The translations under genes were made by a program, and so were the position numbers. From Paramoeba atlantica (Eukaryota > Protista > Discosea), in NCBI GenBank assembly GCA_977017575.1, contig CDRNVI010000164.1, forward strand, positions 62,001 to 126,000: 64,000 nt of DNA, written 5' to 3'. Each line of letters begins with the position of its first letter. Within the stretch, counting starts at the first letter, position 1. Shown piece after piece: positions 24,830-38,493 of this stretch. Below the pieces are notes generated by a model. It was not told the DNA's origin, did no database searches, and saw only the letters and a program-made list of their open reading frames with translations.

Positions 24830-25090
24830 TCTTCTTTTGTTCTTTCTCTCTTTCTCTTCTCTCTTTCCCAAAAGCAAAACACAAAAAAAACAGAGACGGT
24901 CAAAAAGCGTTTCTCGAAAAAAAAAAATAGGACTCTAAAATAAATAAAAGTTTCTAAATCAATTTCTAACTCTTTTGCATTTTTCCAAAAGGACGAAGAA
25001 CGAATTTGATTTTCTTCGAATATTTGAGTTTCGCTTTTTCCGCTTCTTTTCTTTCTGTTTGGTTTTTCTTTTGGTTTTTTTGGTTTGAGG

Positions 25091-25802
25091 ATGGAAGATC
25101 AAGAAAAGAGCAAATTTCGAAAAAATGTTTGGCCAAGAATCCGAAATTTCATTGGAGGTTACTTCAGTGGAATGGCACTTGTGATGGCTGGCCATCCCTT
25201 TGACACAATCAAAGTCCGTCTCCAAACAGAAGGAAAAGGTGGCAAGTTTTCTGGACCATTAAATTGTCTTCGAGTTACAATCCAAAAAGAAGGACTTCGA
25301 GGTCTTTATAAAGGAGTTACTCCACCACTTTTGGCGACAGGAGTTGTCAACAGTTGTCTTTTTGGTTTACAAGGGCTTTCCATCCACCATCTTAAAAAGA
25401 TTCGAGGGAGAGAGAATGAAGTGACGCAGGTTCAAGAAGTTGCTGTGAGCGCTGTCTTTACAGGGTTCTTGATTTCTTTTCTTGTCACTCCAATGGAAGG
25501 AATCAAAGCTCGACTCCAGGTTTTTCCCCCCTCCCTCCCCTCAAAACTCAACAACTGCTGAAAACACTTTCTTCTCCACATTTCTAATTTCTTCTTTCTA
25601 CTCAAAAAAAAAACAAAAAAAGGTTCAATACAACGCGAAAGGAGACGTCGCCAAATTCAAAGGCCCAATCGATTGTATCAAAAAGGTTGTCAAAGAACTC
25701 GGAATCCAAAGAGGGCTCTACCGCGGCTGGGTCCCCACAACTCTCTGCCGAATGTCAAACTACAGCTATTTTGGAACATATGAAATGATGAGAAGATATT
25801 TG

Positions 25803-25833
<31 letters not shown>

Positions 25834-26265
25834 CTTCTTCTCCCAAATTGACTCTTGGGGCAAGTCTTGTTGCTGGGGGGACTGCTGGTGTTGCTTATTG
25901 GTTCAGTTGTTATCCTCTTGATGTTGTCAAAAATCGAATCATGGCAGGTTTTTTAACATTTTTTTGTTCTCAAATTTTATCATTTTTTGTTTGTTGTTGG
26001 TTTTTTTTTGGAATAATATCTTTTGAGTTGTTTTCTTTGATCTTGAAAATAAATGTCTTTCTTTTCTTCTCTCTCTCTCTCGGCAGCTCCAGATACAAAT
26101 CCACCAAAATATCGAGGAGTGTTTCATACTTCTTCTGTGATTTACCGAGAAAATGGAATGAAAGGTTTCTTTGTTGGATTTACTCCCGCTTTGTTACGAT
26201 CAGTCCCTGCGAATGCTGCTTGTTTTCTTGCTTATGAAGTTGTCATGCATTTGCTCCCTGAATGA
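25091..26265 (+). CDS. Mitochondrial carrier (SLC25), carnitine/acylcarnitine- or YMC-like
   Basis: Three PX[DE]XX[KR]X[KR] motifs: HPFDTIKVR, TPMEGIKAR, YPLDVVKNR. C-terminus RSVPANAACFLAYE. 2 introns. Confidence 0.92.
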
Positions 26266-26577
26266 TCAGAAGTCGAAACAACAAAAAATCCTATTTGCTC
26301 TTCTTTATTTTTTAGGAGAGAGCCTCTCTCCTTGCTCCTTTCATCTTTTTATGCATTGAAAACCGCTGCACAAAGAAGAGAAGCAACATTCCCCCAACTC
26401 CCATGCTCTTTTCCCAAAAAAAAAACAGATCAAGGAATCTCTGTTGACAGCAGAGAGCCTTGTCCAATTTCTAAAAACCAAAAATAAACCAAACTCAAAA
26501 AAAAAAAACTCAAATCATTTTTTTTGTTTCCAATTCTTCTATCATTATTCCTTCAGTTTCTTGTTTGTTTTGTTGTT

Positions 26578-29267
26578 CTATTGTTCTCGTTCTAGATCTT
26601 TTTGTGCAATTTGTTTGTCCCAAGTTGGAAGTGGGGGTGGGAGATTTGAAGAGGATTCTCCACTTTCTTTCTTCTCCTCTTTCTCCTCTTCTTCTCTTTC
26701 TTTCTCCTCCTCTTCTCTTTCTTTCTCCTCTTCTTCTTTCACTTGATTTTCCACTCCCTCATCTTCTTTCTTCTCCTCCATCCTGTTTTCTGTCTCTTCT
26801 TCTTGTATATCCGACTCCTCTTCTCTTCTCACTAGATCTTCCTCATCTTCAAATTGATCCATTTCCATAATACTGCTCTCATCATCTTGTTTGCGATTTG
26901 ATCGTGATGGAGAAAGAGAAGGAAAGGAGAGTAATGAGGAAGAAGAACGTTCTTCTTCTTCATCTCCTTTCTCAGTTTCCTCTTTTTTCTCTATTTGAAC
27001 CTTTTCCACACACATTTTCAAACTTTGAAAAGAAAACCTCAAAAACTTCTCTGACTCACTTGCAAAACAAAATTCTTCACTTTTCTCATTTCCCATTCGA
27101 ACCACAAAACAAAATTTCCCTTCTTGGTCTTTCTCATTCGGTCTCCGCCCTTCTCCCTCTCCTCCTTTCTTCTCTTTCGTGCTTCCCTCTTCCTCCTTTT
27201 CTCCCTTTTGATCCCCATCTTTCTCTTTCTTTTCCCCACCCCCTTCTCCCACAATCCAAATTTTCTCCACTTCTCGACACACAAACTTTTCAACCTCCCT
27301 CTTCCTCTCAATCCCAAAATAAGTACTCACATTTTCACAGACAATCAATTCTCCTTCAACTCTCAAATGTACAGGAACCCAATCTTGTAAGAGAACCCCT
27401 CTCTCCCAGAAAAAGAGGGAGGGATGTTTCTCTCCTTTCTCTTTCTGGTATTGATGAAAGAGATAGGAACTGATTATCTCGACCGAACTTCTCCTCTTTT
27501 GATTAGGAGATCTAATTTCTCCATTTCCTCCTTCTTCCTCTCCTCTTCTCTCCTCTCTTTCTTTTTCTTTTTCTTTTTCTCCATTACCAGCCCCCTTTTC
27601 TTCTTTCTTTTGATTCTCAATCTTCCTCCACAGCTCATACAACCACTTGTCTCTCTTTCCCTCAGAAGGGCTCCCAAAATAATACTCTCTCTCCTCTTCT
27701 CCCTCCCTTTCTTTCTCTCTATCTTTGAGAAAAACCACGAAACCATAAATTGACTCGAGATCCTGAAGAGAAGGTTGTTCTGTTGAAGAGAGAGACGAAA
27801 AAAGAGACGAGAAAGGGTTGGAAAAAGAGAGAGAAGAAGAAGAAGAATTTTCAAACAAAGAGGAAAATGGGTTTCTTAAAATCGCCGTTTGGGGCTCTGC
27901 CAATTTGTTCAATCAAAAAATCATTCAATAAAAAGAAAAGAGAAAAAGGAAAGAGAAAAGAAAAGAACAAACCACTCTCTTGGAGAGTTTCATCATGTAA
28001 ACGAATCCCAGGGAAATTTGTTCCATCAACTTGGGGAATAGAAACTGAACTTGCAGAATCAGATGATGATTGGGAAGAAGAAGAAGAAGAAGAGAGAGAG
28101 CTTGCAGTGGAAGATGAAGATGAAGAAGAAGAAGAAGAAGAAGAAGAAGAAGAGGGAGAGCTTGCAGTGGAAGAAGAAGAAGAAGAAGAAGAAGAAGAAG
28201 AAGATCCAGATGAAGAAGTGGAACTGGAAGTGGAAGAAGAAGAAGAAGAAGAAGGGAGAGGAGAGAGCGGGAAAATAGCACCAATATCCTGAAAATAGAG
28301 TCTCTTTTTTGAATCAACTCCAAAAGTTTGTTGAATTGACCATTCAATTCCTAAAGAAGAAGAAAAATCAAAATTTGAAAGAAAAGAAGAAGAAATCATT
28401 TTAAAACAAAAGAAGAAATCATTTTAAAACAAAAGAAGAAATCATTTTAAAACAAGAAGAAAGAAAGAAAAGAAAACCATCTTCGATCAGAGAGATTGTA
28501 CAAGGCCGCCAAGCGTGAGAAAGAAGACGACTTGTTTCCCAAAAGAAAAGAGAATTTTCTTTGTTTGTTTCGACACTTTGTTCCTCAATTTTTTCTTCAC
28601 AACTGATCAAAATGAAAAAGAGAGAAAATTTTTTTTTAAAATTAAAAAAAATATTTTAAAAAATTATTTTGAAAACAGAAAAAGAAAAGAGAAAAAACCT
28701 TAAGACAATACAATCTTCTTTCTTTTTTTCTCCCCTTTCAACTCTTTCTAAAATTCTCTTCAAAACCTTCTCCTCCTCTCCCTTCTTCTCTCCTTTCTCC
28801 TCTCCTTTCTCCTCTCCATTCTCCTCTCCATTCTCCTCTCCTCTCTCCTCTCTCTTTTCCTCTCTCTTTTCCTCTCTCTTCTCCTCTCTCTTCTCCTCTC
28901 CTTTCTCTCTTATCTTCTCTATCTCATTCAAAACCAAAACATCAGAAATTAAAACAATTTTCTCTTCAGAAACGCGGATAAGAAGAGTCTCTCTCTCTGT
29001 ATAAAACCACACTCCGAGAGAGAGTTGCTTGAGAGAGAAACAAACTGATCCTTGTTCTCTTTCTTTGTCTTTTTTTTTTGAAAAGAAGAGGAAAGAGAGA
29101 AAGAAAAGAGAAAGAGAAAGGAGAAGAAAGAGATGAGCAAATGAAAGAGAAAAGAAAAGTAAAACAAAAAAACAAAAACCTCGAAACAGAAGAACTCCTT
29201 GTTGAGAGAGAGAAGACTGATTCTCCAACTCATTCACATCACATCGAAAACCAACTCTCCTTTCCAT
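26578..29267 (-). CDS. Large low-complexity (Glu/Ser-rich) protein with probable PH-like domains; 5' end uncertain
   Basis: ORF 26578..27912 contains YYFGSPSEGKRDKWLYEL and FCFVVRMGNEKSEEFCFASES, resembling PH-domain C-terminal strand-helix. Upstream exons lie at ~27930-29260. Confidence 0.5.
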
Positions 29268-29700
29268 TCTCTCTCTTTTCCTTCTCTTGATTTCTTTTCT
29301 CTCCTCTTTCTTTCTCTTTCTCTTTCTCTTTCTCTTTCTCTTTCTCTTCCGATCCCTTTCCTTTTCCTTGTCTCTTTCAGTAAAAAAACAAAAATAAAAA
29401 GCACAAGAATTCGAAGAAAAATTCTCCTTTTTTCAGAATCGAACTCACGACCTCTTTTTTCTCCTTTTTTCAAAGGACTTTGAAAAATGGCTTTGTGGAA
29501 AATGGTTTTTTATTTGGGAATATTTACGCGTAAAAAAAGACCATTTTACAAGTCAAAAAGAAAAAGACAAGAATAATTTTTCAAAAATGAAAATATTTTT
29601 TTTGTCAAAAAAAAAAATTGGATGTTTCCCAAGATCAAAAAGTTCTGGGTTTCTAAAATTCTGTTCCAAAAACGATTTGGTTTCTTTTCTTTCCAATCTT

Positions 29701-32700
29701 TCAGCAACCACCACCAACATAAGGTTTTCGGGCTTTCAAACGGAATTCCTTTGGATCAAAACCACGCTCTTCTGCTCCATAGATTGCCCAGGGAGGAGTT
29801 GGTTTCATGTAATCAACAGCAGAAAAGGGTTTTCCTTCCTTGATCAGTTCCTAAGAAAAAATGGAAAATTGAGAGAGGGAAAAAAGAAAAAGAGAGAGAA
29901 AAAGGGCACAACAGGAAAAGAAAAAAAGAAAAAAAAGAGAGAGAAAAGGGCACAACAAAAAAAAAAGAAAAGAAGAAAAAAAAACTTGAAAACGAGCGTA
30001 ATCAATCCAGGTATGCCATTTCCCGTCAATCAAAAAAGTGTCCTTTCTTGCCAACAAGACACAACATGAATGTTCATGTTCAGCAGCAATTTCATATTCA
30101 CCTTTTTTTCCAAGAGAAAAGATAAAGAGAAAAAAAGAGAAAAGAGAAAAGAGAAAAGAGAAAAGAGAAAAGAGAAAAAAAAAGAACAGAGAGAATTGTT
30201 TCAGTAAAACTTATCAAATTGAAGAAAAAAAGAGTAAAAGAACCTCCCAATTGTTTTTCCAACTCTTTACAAAATAAGACAACCTTTTGAAAATAATTTG
30301 AACAATTTGAAAAAAAAAAAAATTCAAAGATCCTTTTCTTTTCTCTATTTTTTCCTTTTTTCTTTTCTATTTTTCTTTTCTTTTCATAATTTAATTTAAA
30401 ATAAAATCAACCTCTTCATGCCAAGGAACATTTTTCATTCCAATCGGAGGTTTTTTTCCACCACAAAAAGTCACACCTTTTACTTCAACAAATCCAGGAG
30501 TACCTCGTTGAATTAACTTCACATAACCAGGAAGATCACCGATATTGTATTCTATTTAAAAGAATGTGAGCGAAAAGGAGGGGGAACAAAAAGAGGATAA
30601 AAGAGAGAGGAAAAACAATATTTATATTCAAAGAAAAAGAAAAAGAAAAAACAACAACAAAAATATCATCTCTCTTCAACTAAAATTAAAAAATAAATAA
30701 TAAATAATAAAATAATAAAATAATAAAATAATAAAATAATAAAATAATAAAATAATAAAATAATAAAATAAACCTTTAATAAGAGTCATTCTAAAAACAG
30801 TTCTCTGTTTATTTTCCCGAAGAGCATCAATAGAACCCAAAAATCTTTCCCAAAAATCATCAAAAAGAGGCCGATCTACCTTTTTTAGTTCTTCTGGGTT
30901 TGCTGCATCAACACTACCAAAGAAGAAAAGTTTTAGAAAAAGAAACTTTGAAATTTGAAAAAAAATTTAAAATTTTTTAAATTTTAACATTCGAAAAGAC
31001 AAAAATGGGTCTTTTTGTTGTCCTCTTTCAATAAATCCTCTCAAAATTCCACAACAAATTTCTTCTCATTTTTCTTCTTCCATCAAATTTAAATTTAAAA
31101 CAAAACCAAATTACCTAATATACATTTGTGTCACAGGACGAAGAGTCCTCATCTGCTCAGGAAACTGCGCATTCGTCACCAAAAAAGAAGAGATATCTTT
31201 TTCATGTAAAAGATCCAAAAATCGATTTATCTCGGGGTAGATAATCGGCTCTCCGACAAGAGAGAGAGCACAATGTTTTGGGACGTATGCTTCAGCTAAT
31301 CTCTCAGGTTTTACTCCTCTTGCTCCCTGGGAAGAGAATGAAATTTATTTGAGAGAAATGAGAGAGAGAGAAAGAAAAGAGACAAAATTGATTTTTGAGG
31401 GGAGAGAAATGGAATAAAAAGACAGAGGAGAGTGTGAGGAGAGAGAGAGAGAGAAGAGAAGTTGTCTCAAACCTTAAATTCATTGATCATTTTGACATGA
31501 TTTGCAATTGCTCCATCAACAATCATTTCTGGAGGGTCCATTTTCCATCTCCATTCTCTCCCAACCTAATAAGAAAAATAAATACAACTTCAATTTGTCC
31601 CCAAAATATAAAAAGAAAAGAAAAGAAAAGAAAAGAAAAAACAAAATAGAATAATAATAAAAAATAAAAAAAAAAATAAAAAACAAACAGGATTTTTATG
31701 ATGACGCCAACAAAACACACATTTGTTCGCACAAGCAAGACTTGGTGTTGTTTCCATACAAAGATGACTTTCAATTCCATAAAAAGTGTGTTTGTAACAC
31801 CCTCCATTTCCTTTTAACATACTAAAGAAAAGTAAAAAATGAATAAAAATTGAATTCAACAACAAGATAATTCTATTCAATGTTAAATAATTATTCCAAA
31901 ATAATAAAAATAAAAAACTTATTCATAAATAAAGAAATAAAGAAAGAAATAAATAAAATAAATAAAATAAATAAAATAAATAAAATAAATAAAATAAATA
32001 AAATAAATAAAATAAATAAAATAAATAAAATAAATAAAATAAAAATAAAATAAAATAAAATAAAATAAAATAAAATAAAATAAAATAAAATAAAATAAAA
32101 ATAAAAATAAAAATAAACAACAAAAAATAAAAACACACAAAAAAAAAAAACCTTTTTGTCCAACGACACATCTTAACAGCACTATGCCCCCCAACAACTT
32201 GATATCTCTGTTTAGTCAAAATATCTCTTTGTCCCTTCGAAATCATTGTCTTTCCCGTTCTTTCTGTCTCATTTGCTTCTTCTTCATCATCTTCTTCTTC
32301 TTCTTCTTCTTCGCCTTCTTCTGTTTTTTCTTTTTTTGTTTTGTTTTGGGTGAGTGCGCTCTCATTGATGCTGGAGCCTGTGGAAAAGAAAAAGAAAACA
32401 GATTAGAGAGAAAATATGGGGGAAAATAATTGAACAAAAACAAATAAAAATAAAAAAAAATAATAAAGAAATAAAAAATAAAAAATAAAAAATAAAAAAT
32501 AAAAAATAAAAAATAAAAAATAAAAAATAAAAAATAAAAAATAAAAAATAAAAAATAAAAAATAAAAAATAAAAAATAAAAAAAAAGAAATAAAATAAAA
32601 AATAAATAAAATAAAATAAAATAAAATAAAATAAAATAAAATAATAAAATAATAAAATGAAATAAAATGAAATAAAAACCCATATCCTCAAGATCAACAA

Positions 32701-35378
32701 CAGGCTCCCCATCATCTTCTTCATCTCCATCCAAATCAACAATTGCAATTTTCTTTTTTCTTCGGCTTTCAACTCGAAGGGGTTTGTGATATTTTTCTGG
32801 AATGTCTCCTGTAATTTGGTTTGTGAGAAGAGAGGAAAGAGAGAAAGGAAAGAGAAAAGAGAAAAGAGAAAAGAGAAAAGAGAAAAGAGAAAAGAGAAAA
32901 GAGAAAAGAGAAAAGAGAAAAGAGAAAAGAGAAAAGAAAGAGAGAAAAAAGAGAAAGAAAAAGAAAAGAGAGAGGAAAGAGGAAAAAGAGAAAGAAAGAG
33001 AAAAAAACCTCTCTTTTGCATCAATCGAATTAAATTTGACTTCCATTTTTTAAAAGCTAAACCAAAAAATAAAAAAAGAGAAGAGGGCAAAAGAAGAGAA
33101 AAGAAAGAAGAGAGAAAGAAAGAAGAATTAAAGAGAAAAAGGAAAAAGAAACCAAAAAAACAAACAAAACAAACAAAAGAAACAAAGAAAAAAGAAAAAG
33201 AAAAAAAAGAAAAAAAAAAGAAAAAGAAAAGAAAAAGATAAAAAAAAAAGAAAAAAAAAGAAAAAAAAAACCAGAAAAAAGATCGGCACTCTCATCACCT
33301 TCCCCTCGCCCAACAATCCTTTCGGCTCCCATTTGATAAAAAGCACTAACAAAAAAAATAAGAAAAACAATATTTACATAATTTTGAACAAAGAAACAAG
33401 AAAAACCAAAAATTAAATTTAAAAAGATAAAAAAAAAATAAAAAACAAAAACAATAAAGAAATAAATAAAGAAATAAAGAAATAAATCAAAGAAAATAAA
33501 GAAAATAAAGAAAATAAATAAAATAAATAAAATAAATAAAATAAATAAAATAAATAAAATAAATAAAATAAATAAAATAAATAAAATAAATAAAATAAAT
33601 AAAATAAATAAAATAAATAAAATAAATAAAATAAATAAAATAAAATAAATAATAAATAAAAATTCGAAAACCTGTCGAGAGTTCGACTGACACGATTGTA
33701 ATATTGTTTTGGATAAAGAGTATTTCCAAGTCCAAAAACTGAAATAATACTTTGTGAGAAAAGAAAGAAGAAGAGAGAAGAGAGAAGAGAAAGAGAAGAG
33801 AAAAGAAAGAAAGAGAGTAAAGAGAAGAGAAAAAAGAAAGAGAAAAGAACAAAAAAAAAGAAAAAGAAAGAAAGAAGAGAGACAAAAAAAGAAAGAAAGA
33901 AAGAAAAAAAGAAAAGAAAGAAGAAAACCTCCAAATTTCATTTGACGAAGTAAATTTCCACTTCTTTCATTTGCAGATTCAAACGTGACCCAATCGTAGA
34001 ATTCTTTTGTGGATTCTGTCGGGCTGAGAAGAAAGAAAGAAAGAAAAGAGAGAAAGAAAAGAGAAAAGAGAAAGAAAAAAGAGAGAGAAAAGAAAAAAAA
34101 ATTCAACAATAGAAATTCAATTTCAAAAGAAAAACGAAGAGAAAAAAAAAAACAAAAGAAAATAAATTTAAAAAAATTTAAAAAATTAAAAAAAGAAAAA
34201 AGAAAAAAAGAAAAAAAAAGAAAAAAAGAAAAAAAAAAAAGAAAAAAAGAAAAAAAAAGAAAAAAAGAAAAAAAAAACCTCCCCTCAGTATAAGTAGAAA
34301 CAATCAAAAAAAGATAATGATTTGAATAAGGAAGATTTTCAGGTTCATATTCTGATAAATCTTTCACTTTGATTTTGAAATATGAGTATCCTTCTAAATC
34401 CTGTTTTTATTCATCAGAGAAGAAGAAAGAAATAAAGAAATAAAGAAAATAAAGAAAATAAAGAAAATAAAGAAAATAAAGAAAATAAAGAAAATAAAGA
34501 AAATAAAGAAAATAAAGAAAATAAAGAAATAAAGAATATAAAGAAAATAAAGAAAATAAATAAAATAAAACAAATAAAACAAATAAAACAAATAAAACAA
34601 ATAAAACAAATAAAACAAATAAAATAAAACAAATAAAAAATAAAACAAATAAAACAAAAAATAAATAAAACAAATAAAATAAAACAAATAAAAACAAACT
34701 TTTGCAAGTTCTTTTGCGAGATCTTCAGCAGTCCCAGATTGAGTTCCGTAAGCGATTACAACTGTTGGTCCAACAAGCTTGAAAGAGAAAGAGAAAGTTT
34801 TGTTTTGTTTAGAGGATGTAGTTTCGAAAGAGAGAGAGAGAAGAGAAGAGAAGAAGAGAAGAGAAGAGAAAGAGAGAAAGAGAAGAGAGAGAGAAAGAGA
34901 AGAGAAGACAATCTTTCCCTCTCTTAAAAAGAAGAAAGAAAAAGAAAAAAAAAGAAACTTGAGATTTGGCTTTAATTGGATCGGGTTTACTTTTCATTCT
35001 GTTTCCCTATTTTTAAAAAAATAAATACATAATTCTGAAAAACTCTTTCTTTTTCTTTTTTCCCCTTTCTTTCTCTTTTCTCTTTCTCTTTTCTTCTTTT
35101 TTCCTTTTCTTTTTTATCTCTTTTTGTTTCTCTTTTCAGAAAATAATCAAAAGAACCTTAATTTTCTCTCTTGATTTTTTCCCTTTCTCTCCAACAGAAG
35201 AAACATCAGCTTCATCAAAAGGAACAAGCCCCTCCAACTCTCTCTTTCTCTCTTCTTCTTCGATTCTCTCTTTCTGCTCTTTTCTTTTCCCTTTCTCTTG
35301 AAAAAAAAGGAAAAACCCAACAACAACAAAACCAATCAACCCTCCAACATACAACAACCAATCATCAACAAAAACCAT
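29701..35378 (-). CDS. TYW1: tRNA wybutosine-synthesis radical-SAM enzyme TYW1 (N-terminal TM, flavodoxin, radical SAM)
   Basis: Flavodoxin YGTQSGTAEDLAK; HSAVKMCRWTK; GCYKHTFYGIESH; CANKCVFC (CxxxCxxC); HCALSLVGEP; LVTNAQFP; GKWHTWIDY; GFDP. Many repeat-filled introns. Confidence 0.95.
31940..34700. repeat. Series of intronic A-rich microsatellites in TYW1: (AAAAT)n, (AAAATAAAT)n, (AAAAAAT)n, (GAAAAGA)n, (GAAAATAAA)n, (AAAACAAAT)n
   Basis: Directly visible arrays at ~31945-32110, 32460-32650, 32850-32930, 33510-33660 and 34430-34690. Confidence 0.85.
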
Positions 35379-35839
35379 CTCTCTCTCTCTTTTCTCTTTC
35401 TCTTTTCTCTTTCTCTTTTTTCTCTTTCTCTTTCTTTCTCTTCTTCCTTTCTCTTCCTCCTTTTCTCTTTCTCTTCCGTTTTTCTCAGATGCGCCGAAAA
35501 ACCAAAAACAAAAAAGGAGAAGAGGGACACCAACAAAAAGGTGTCCCTTTATTTTTTTTTTTTTTTTGGTGTCCTTTTCTTTTTTTGGTGTCCTTTTTTC
35601 TTTTTCTTTTTTGTTTTTTGTTTGCCGAAAGTCTCACAAGCAAAAGGTTTTCTGTTGTTTGTGGCAAACAAATCGAACGATGGTTTTCGCAAGGGGGTTG
35701 CGAGATTGTTTTCATTCGTTCTCCAAATCAAATCAAATTTTCCCGACTTGAAAGTCAATCCAAACGCAAACTTTTCTATCTGGCTGATTGATACAGATCG
35801 AACTTTTTCCCACCACACACACACAAAAAGAAAAACGAA

Positions 35840-36520
35840 ATGGAAAAAACCACAACCAACTCCCAAACCTTCGAGATTACCGACAAGCGCACAAAGAAAC
35901 TTGCCAAGATCGAAAAACGAATGAAAAATTTGGAAAGGACGAAAGCCCAGTTGCTCGAGGAAGAAGAGACTTCTTGTGTGTATTCGTTTGATCAACTCTC
36001 CACAGAAGAGCTCTCCCGAAATGATTTGAAGGACACGAAAAAAGCGTTAAAAGCTGTGCAAAAGAAAGAAAAGAAAGAAATGAAAAAAGAAAAGAAAAAA
36101 GAAAAGAAAGCTCTCAAGTTCGTTCGAAAAGAAGAAAAGATTTTGGAGAAGGAGAAGAAACGAAATGCCAAGAAGAAGACGGAGGAGGTGGTTCAACAAC
36201 GAGACGACCAAGAAGATCTTTTGACTTTTTGTGGTGACACTCTCAAGGAGTTCGAAGAGAAGAAAGAAAATGACAAAGTTTCTGAGACAAAGGAAGTGAA
36301 TGATTCGAAACTCAACAAGAAAGAAATGAAACACCAAAAGAAAGAAGCGAAAATGAAAAAGAAATGTGAGAAAAAGGAATGGAAGCTCGAAAAGAAAACG
36401 ATGAAACTCGAATATCGTCTGGATCTTTTGAGGAAAAAGGTTCAAAGGTCTCAACAGATAGAAGCAGATATTCTTGCAAAGCTTCAATTTCTTTCACTGA
36501 GGCAACCAATTTCTTGTTAA
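35840..36520 (+). CDS. Lys/Glu-rich predicted coiled-coil protein (226 aa, intronless), function unknown
   Basis: ATG-initiated ORF with non-repetitive N- and C-termini and heptad-like stretches; divergent from TYW1. Confidence 0.7.
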   Translation: MEKTTTNSQTFEITDKRTKKLAKIEKRMKNLERTKAQLLEEEETSCVYSFDQLSTEELSRNDLKDTKKALKAVQKKEKKEMKKEKKKEKKALKFVRKEEKILEKEKKRNAKKKTEEVVQQRDDQEDLLTFCGDTLKEFEEKKENDKVSETKEVNDSKLNKKEMKHQKKEAKMKKKCEKKEWKLEKKTMKLEYRLDLLRKKVQRSQQIEADILAKLQFLSLRQPISC

Positions 36521-36694
36521 ATAATTAATGACCTTTGTTTTTTCTTTTATCTTTTTGGTAAATAAATCTCTTTTTCAATTATTTTTTTAAGTTTTAATCA
36601 ATTATTTTTTTTGTGAAAACAAATCTTTATTTTATTCAAAAAAGAATAATGAAAAAAAAAAAAATTGAAAAAAGAATTTTCTCTTCTGTTCTTT

Positions 36695-37965
36695 TTAAAC
36701 AGGAACTTCACCACGACAAGTAACTCGTTGCATCCTCCTCACAGTATCAGCCCCATCACCAATGGCAATATGCTGACAAATTCTATTATCCCAAACAGCA
36801 ACAGAACCAGGCATCCATCTAAATCGACATTGTACTTCAGGTCGATTGGGCAAAGAGGTCAAATACCGAAGAAAATCAGCACTCTCAGCCTCTGTCATCC
36901 CATCAAACCGAAGAGTAAACATCTCATTCACAAAGAGAGCTTTCTTCCCAGAATAAGGATGTGTTCGAATGACTGGATGTGAATTTTCAGCATAAAGAGA
37001 TTCTGATTCCATGTACTTCATTTTGGCATCACCACTTTCAAAATTCTCGAGTCTTTGTCCCTCGACACTGTAAGCTCGAGCTGCTGAGTGAATTGCACGA
37101 AGGTTTCCCAACATTTCTTTTAATCCATCAGACATTCGATCGTAAATTAAATGCATTCCAGCCCAAACTGTATTTAAAGGTACGAGGGAGAGTTAATTTA
37201 ATGAGATGAGAAAGAGAGAACAAAAAGAAAAAGAAAATAAAAACCTGTGTCATTTCCTACAGGAGGAACTTCTCGACCCACAAGAATTGATTCCCCTGAT
37301 GGTGACGATTGGAAAGAGTTGTCACTGTGCCATACCTCTCCAAATCTTGAAAAAAGAAGAAGAAGATCAGTTTCAAACCAAGAGAAGAGAAAGGGGAGAC
37401 GGATATCCAAAAAAAAATAAAAAACCTTGTTGGTTCAGATGGTTCTTTAATGATTTCCATAACTTCTGGATTCTCTGGAAGTCCTTTTACAATTGGATGG
37501 ATTTCCTGAAGAGAGAGAGAGAAAAATTTAAGTTTGTTTGGATGGAAAACTCAAAAAAAAAAGGGTGGTTCAAACCGGTTCACCAATGAAACCAGCAAAA
37601 CGGACATGATCATCTTGAGAAAGATCTTGGTCTCGAAAAAAAATCACCCCATACCTGATTGAAAAGATTAGATCGTGAACGAACAGATTGTGTATCATTT
37701 CGGATCACAAGTGATCGACACAAAAAAAAAAGAAAAAAGAAAAAAGAAAGAGAAAAAACTGGAATAAGGCTTCGCGAATCTTCGCTGCATTAGACTCAGA
37801 AACATTCTTCAAGTCAACTCCGTGTAACTCAGCGCCAATCGAGTAAGTAAGAGGTTTCACTTCAAAAGGCCAATCGCGCGAAACAGAAAAAGATCTTCGC
37901 CCAACCAAAGAAGTTGTTGTTTTTCGAAAAAAGGTTGTTGAAACAGAAAAAGCGCTTTTTAGCAT
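36695..37965 (-). CDS. TauD/TfdA-family Fe(II)/2-oxoglutarate dioxygenase with mitochondrial-presequence-like N-terminus
   Basis: IGAELHGVDL, WHSD, HPVIRTHP..G.KALFVN, VWDNR..QH and RRMQRVT motifs; about 5 exons. Confidence 0.9.
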
Positions 37966-38493
37966 TCCTTTGTAGGCGGAGAGAGAGAGAGAGGATATAT
38001 TCGAGAAAAAGTCTGGTCGACAAAAAAGAAAAAACAAAGATCGAGTCGAGTGACAAAAAGAAAAAGAGAAAAGGAAAAAGGACGAGAAGAAGAGTTCCGC
38101 GGTTTCTCCAAAAGGAAAAAAGTCGCTCTTGTTTTTAAAAATAGCGCCCTAAATTTTGTTGAAAAAGTTTTTGACTTTTCTCTCCCTCAATACCAGAAAT
38201 ATCAGACCGGAAAAGAAAAAAGAGAAACTCAAAAAGAATCTCCAAACTTGTTCTTCTCCCTTTTTGATTTTTTTTTTTGATTTTTCTCTCCCAATCCAAC
38301 AAACAGAATTGGAAAAGAAAAGAGTTTTTTTTTTGGAGAAAACACAAAAATATTCTCCAACTCAGTCTTCTCCCTCTTTTTGATTTTTTTTGAATTTGGT
38401 CTTTTGGGATTTATTTGAATTTTTTTTTGTGTTCTTTTTTTTTGGTTGATTTGATATTTTTTTTGTGGATTTTGTGTGGGTAATATCTTAAAT

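Noticed and set aside
32243-34707. Long hydrophobic ORFs (up to 436 aa) that look like multi-pass membrane proteins
   Set aside because: They are read-through of T-rich microsatellite introns of TYW1; the real exons are short embedded blocks
29701-37965. TYW1 and TauD as a tRNA-modification gene cluster
   Set aside because: The wybutosine hydroxylase TYW5 is a JmjC protein, not TauD; adjacency alone is no evidence
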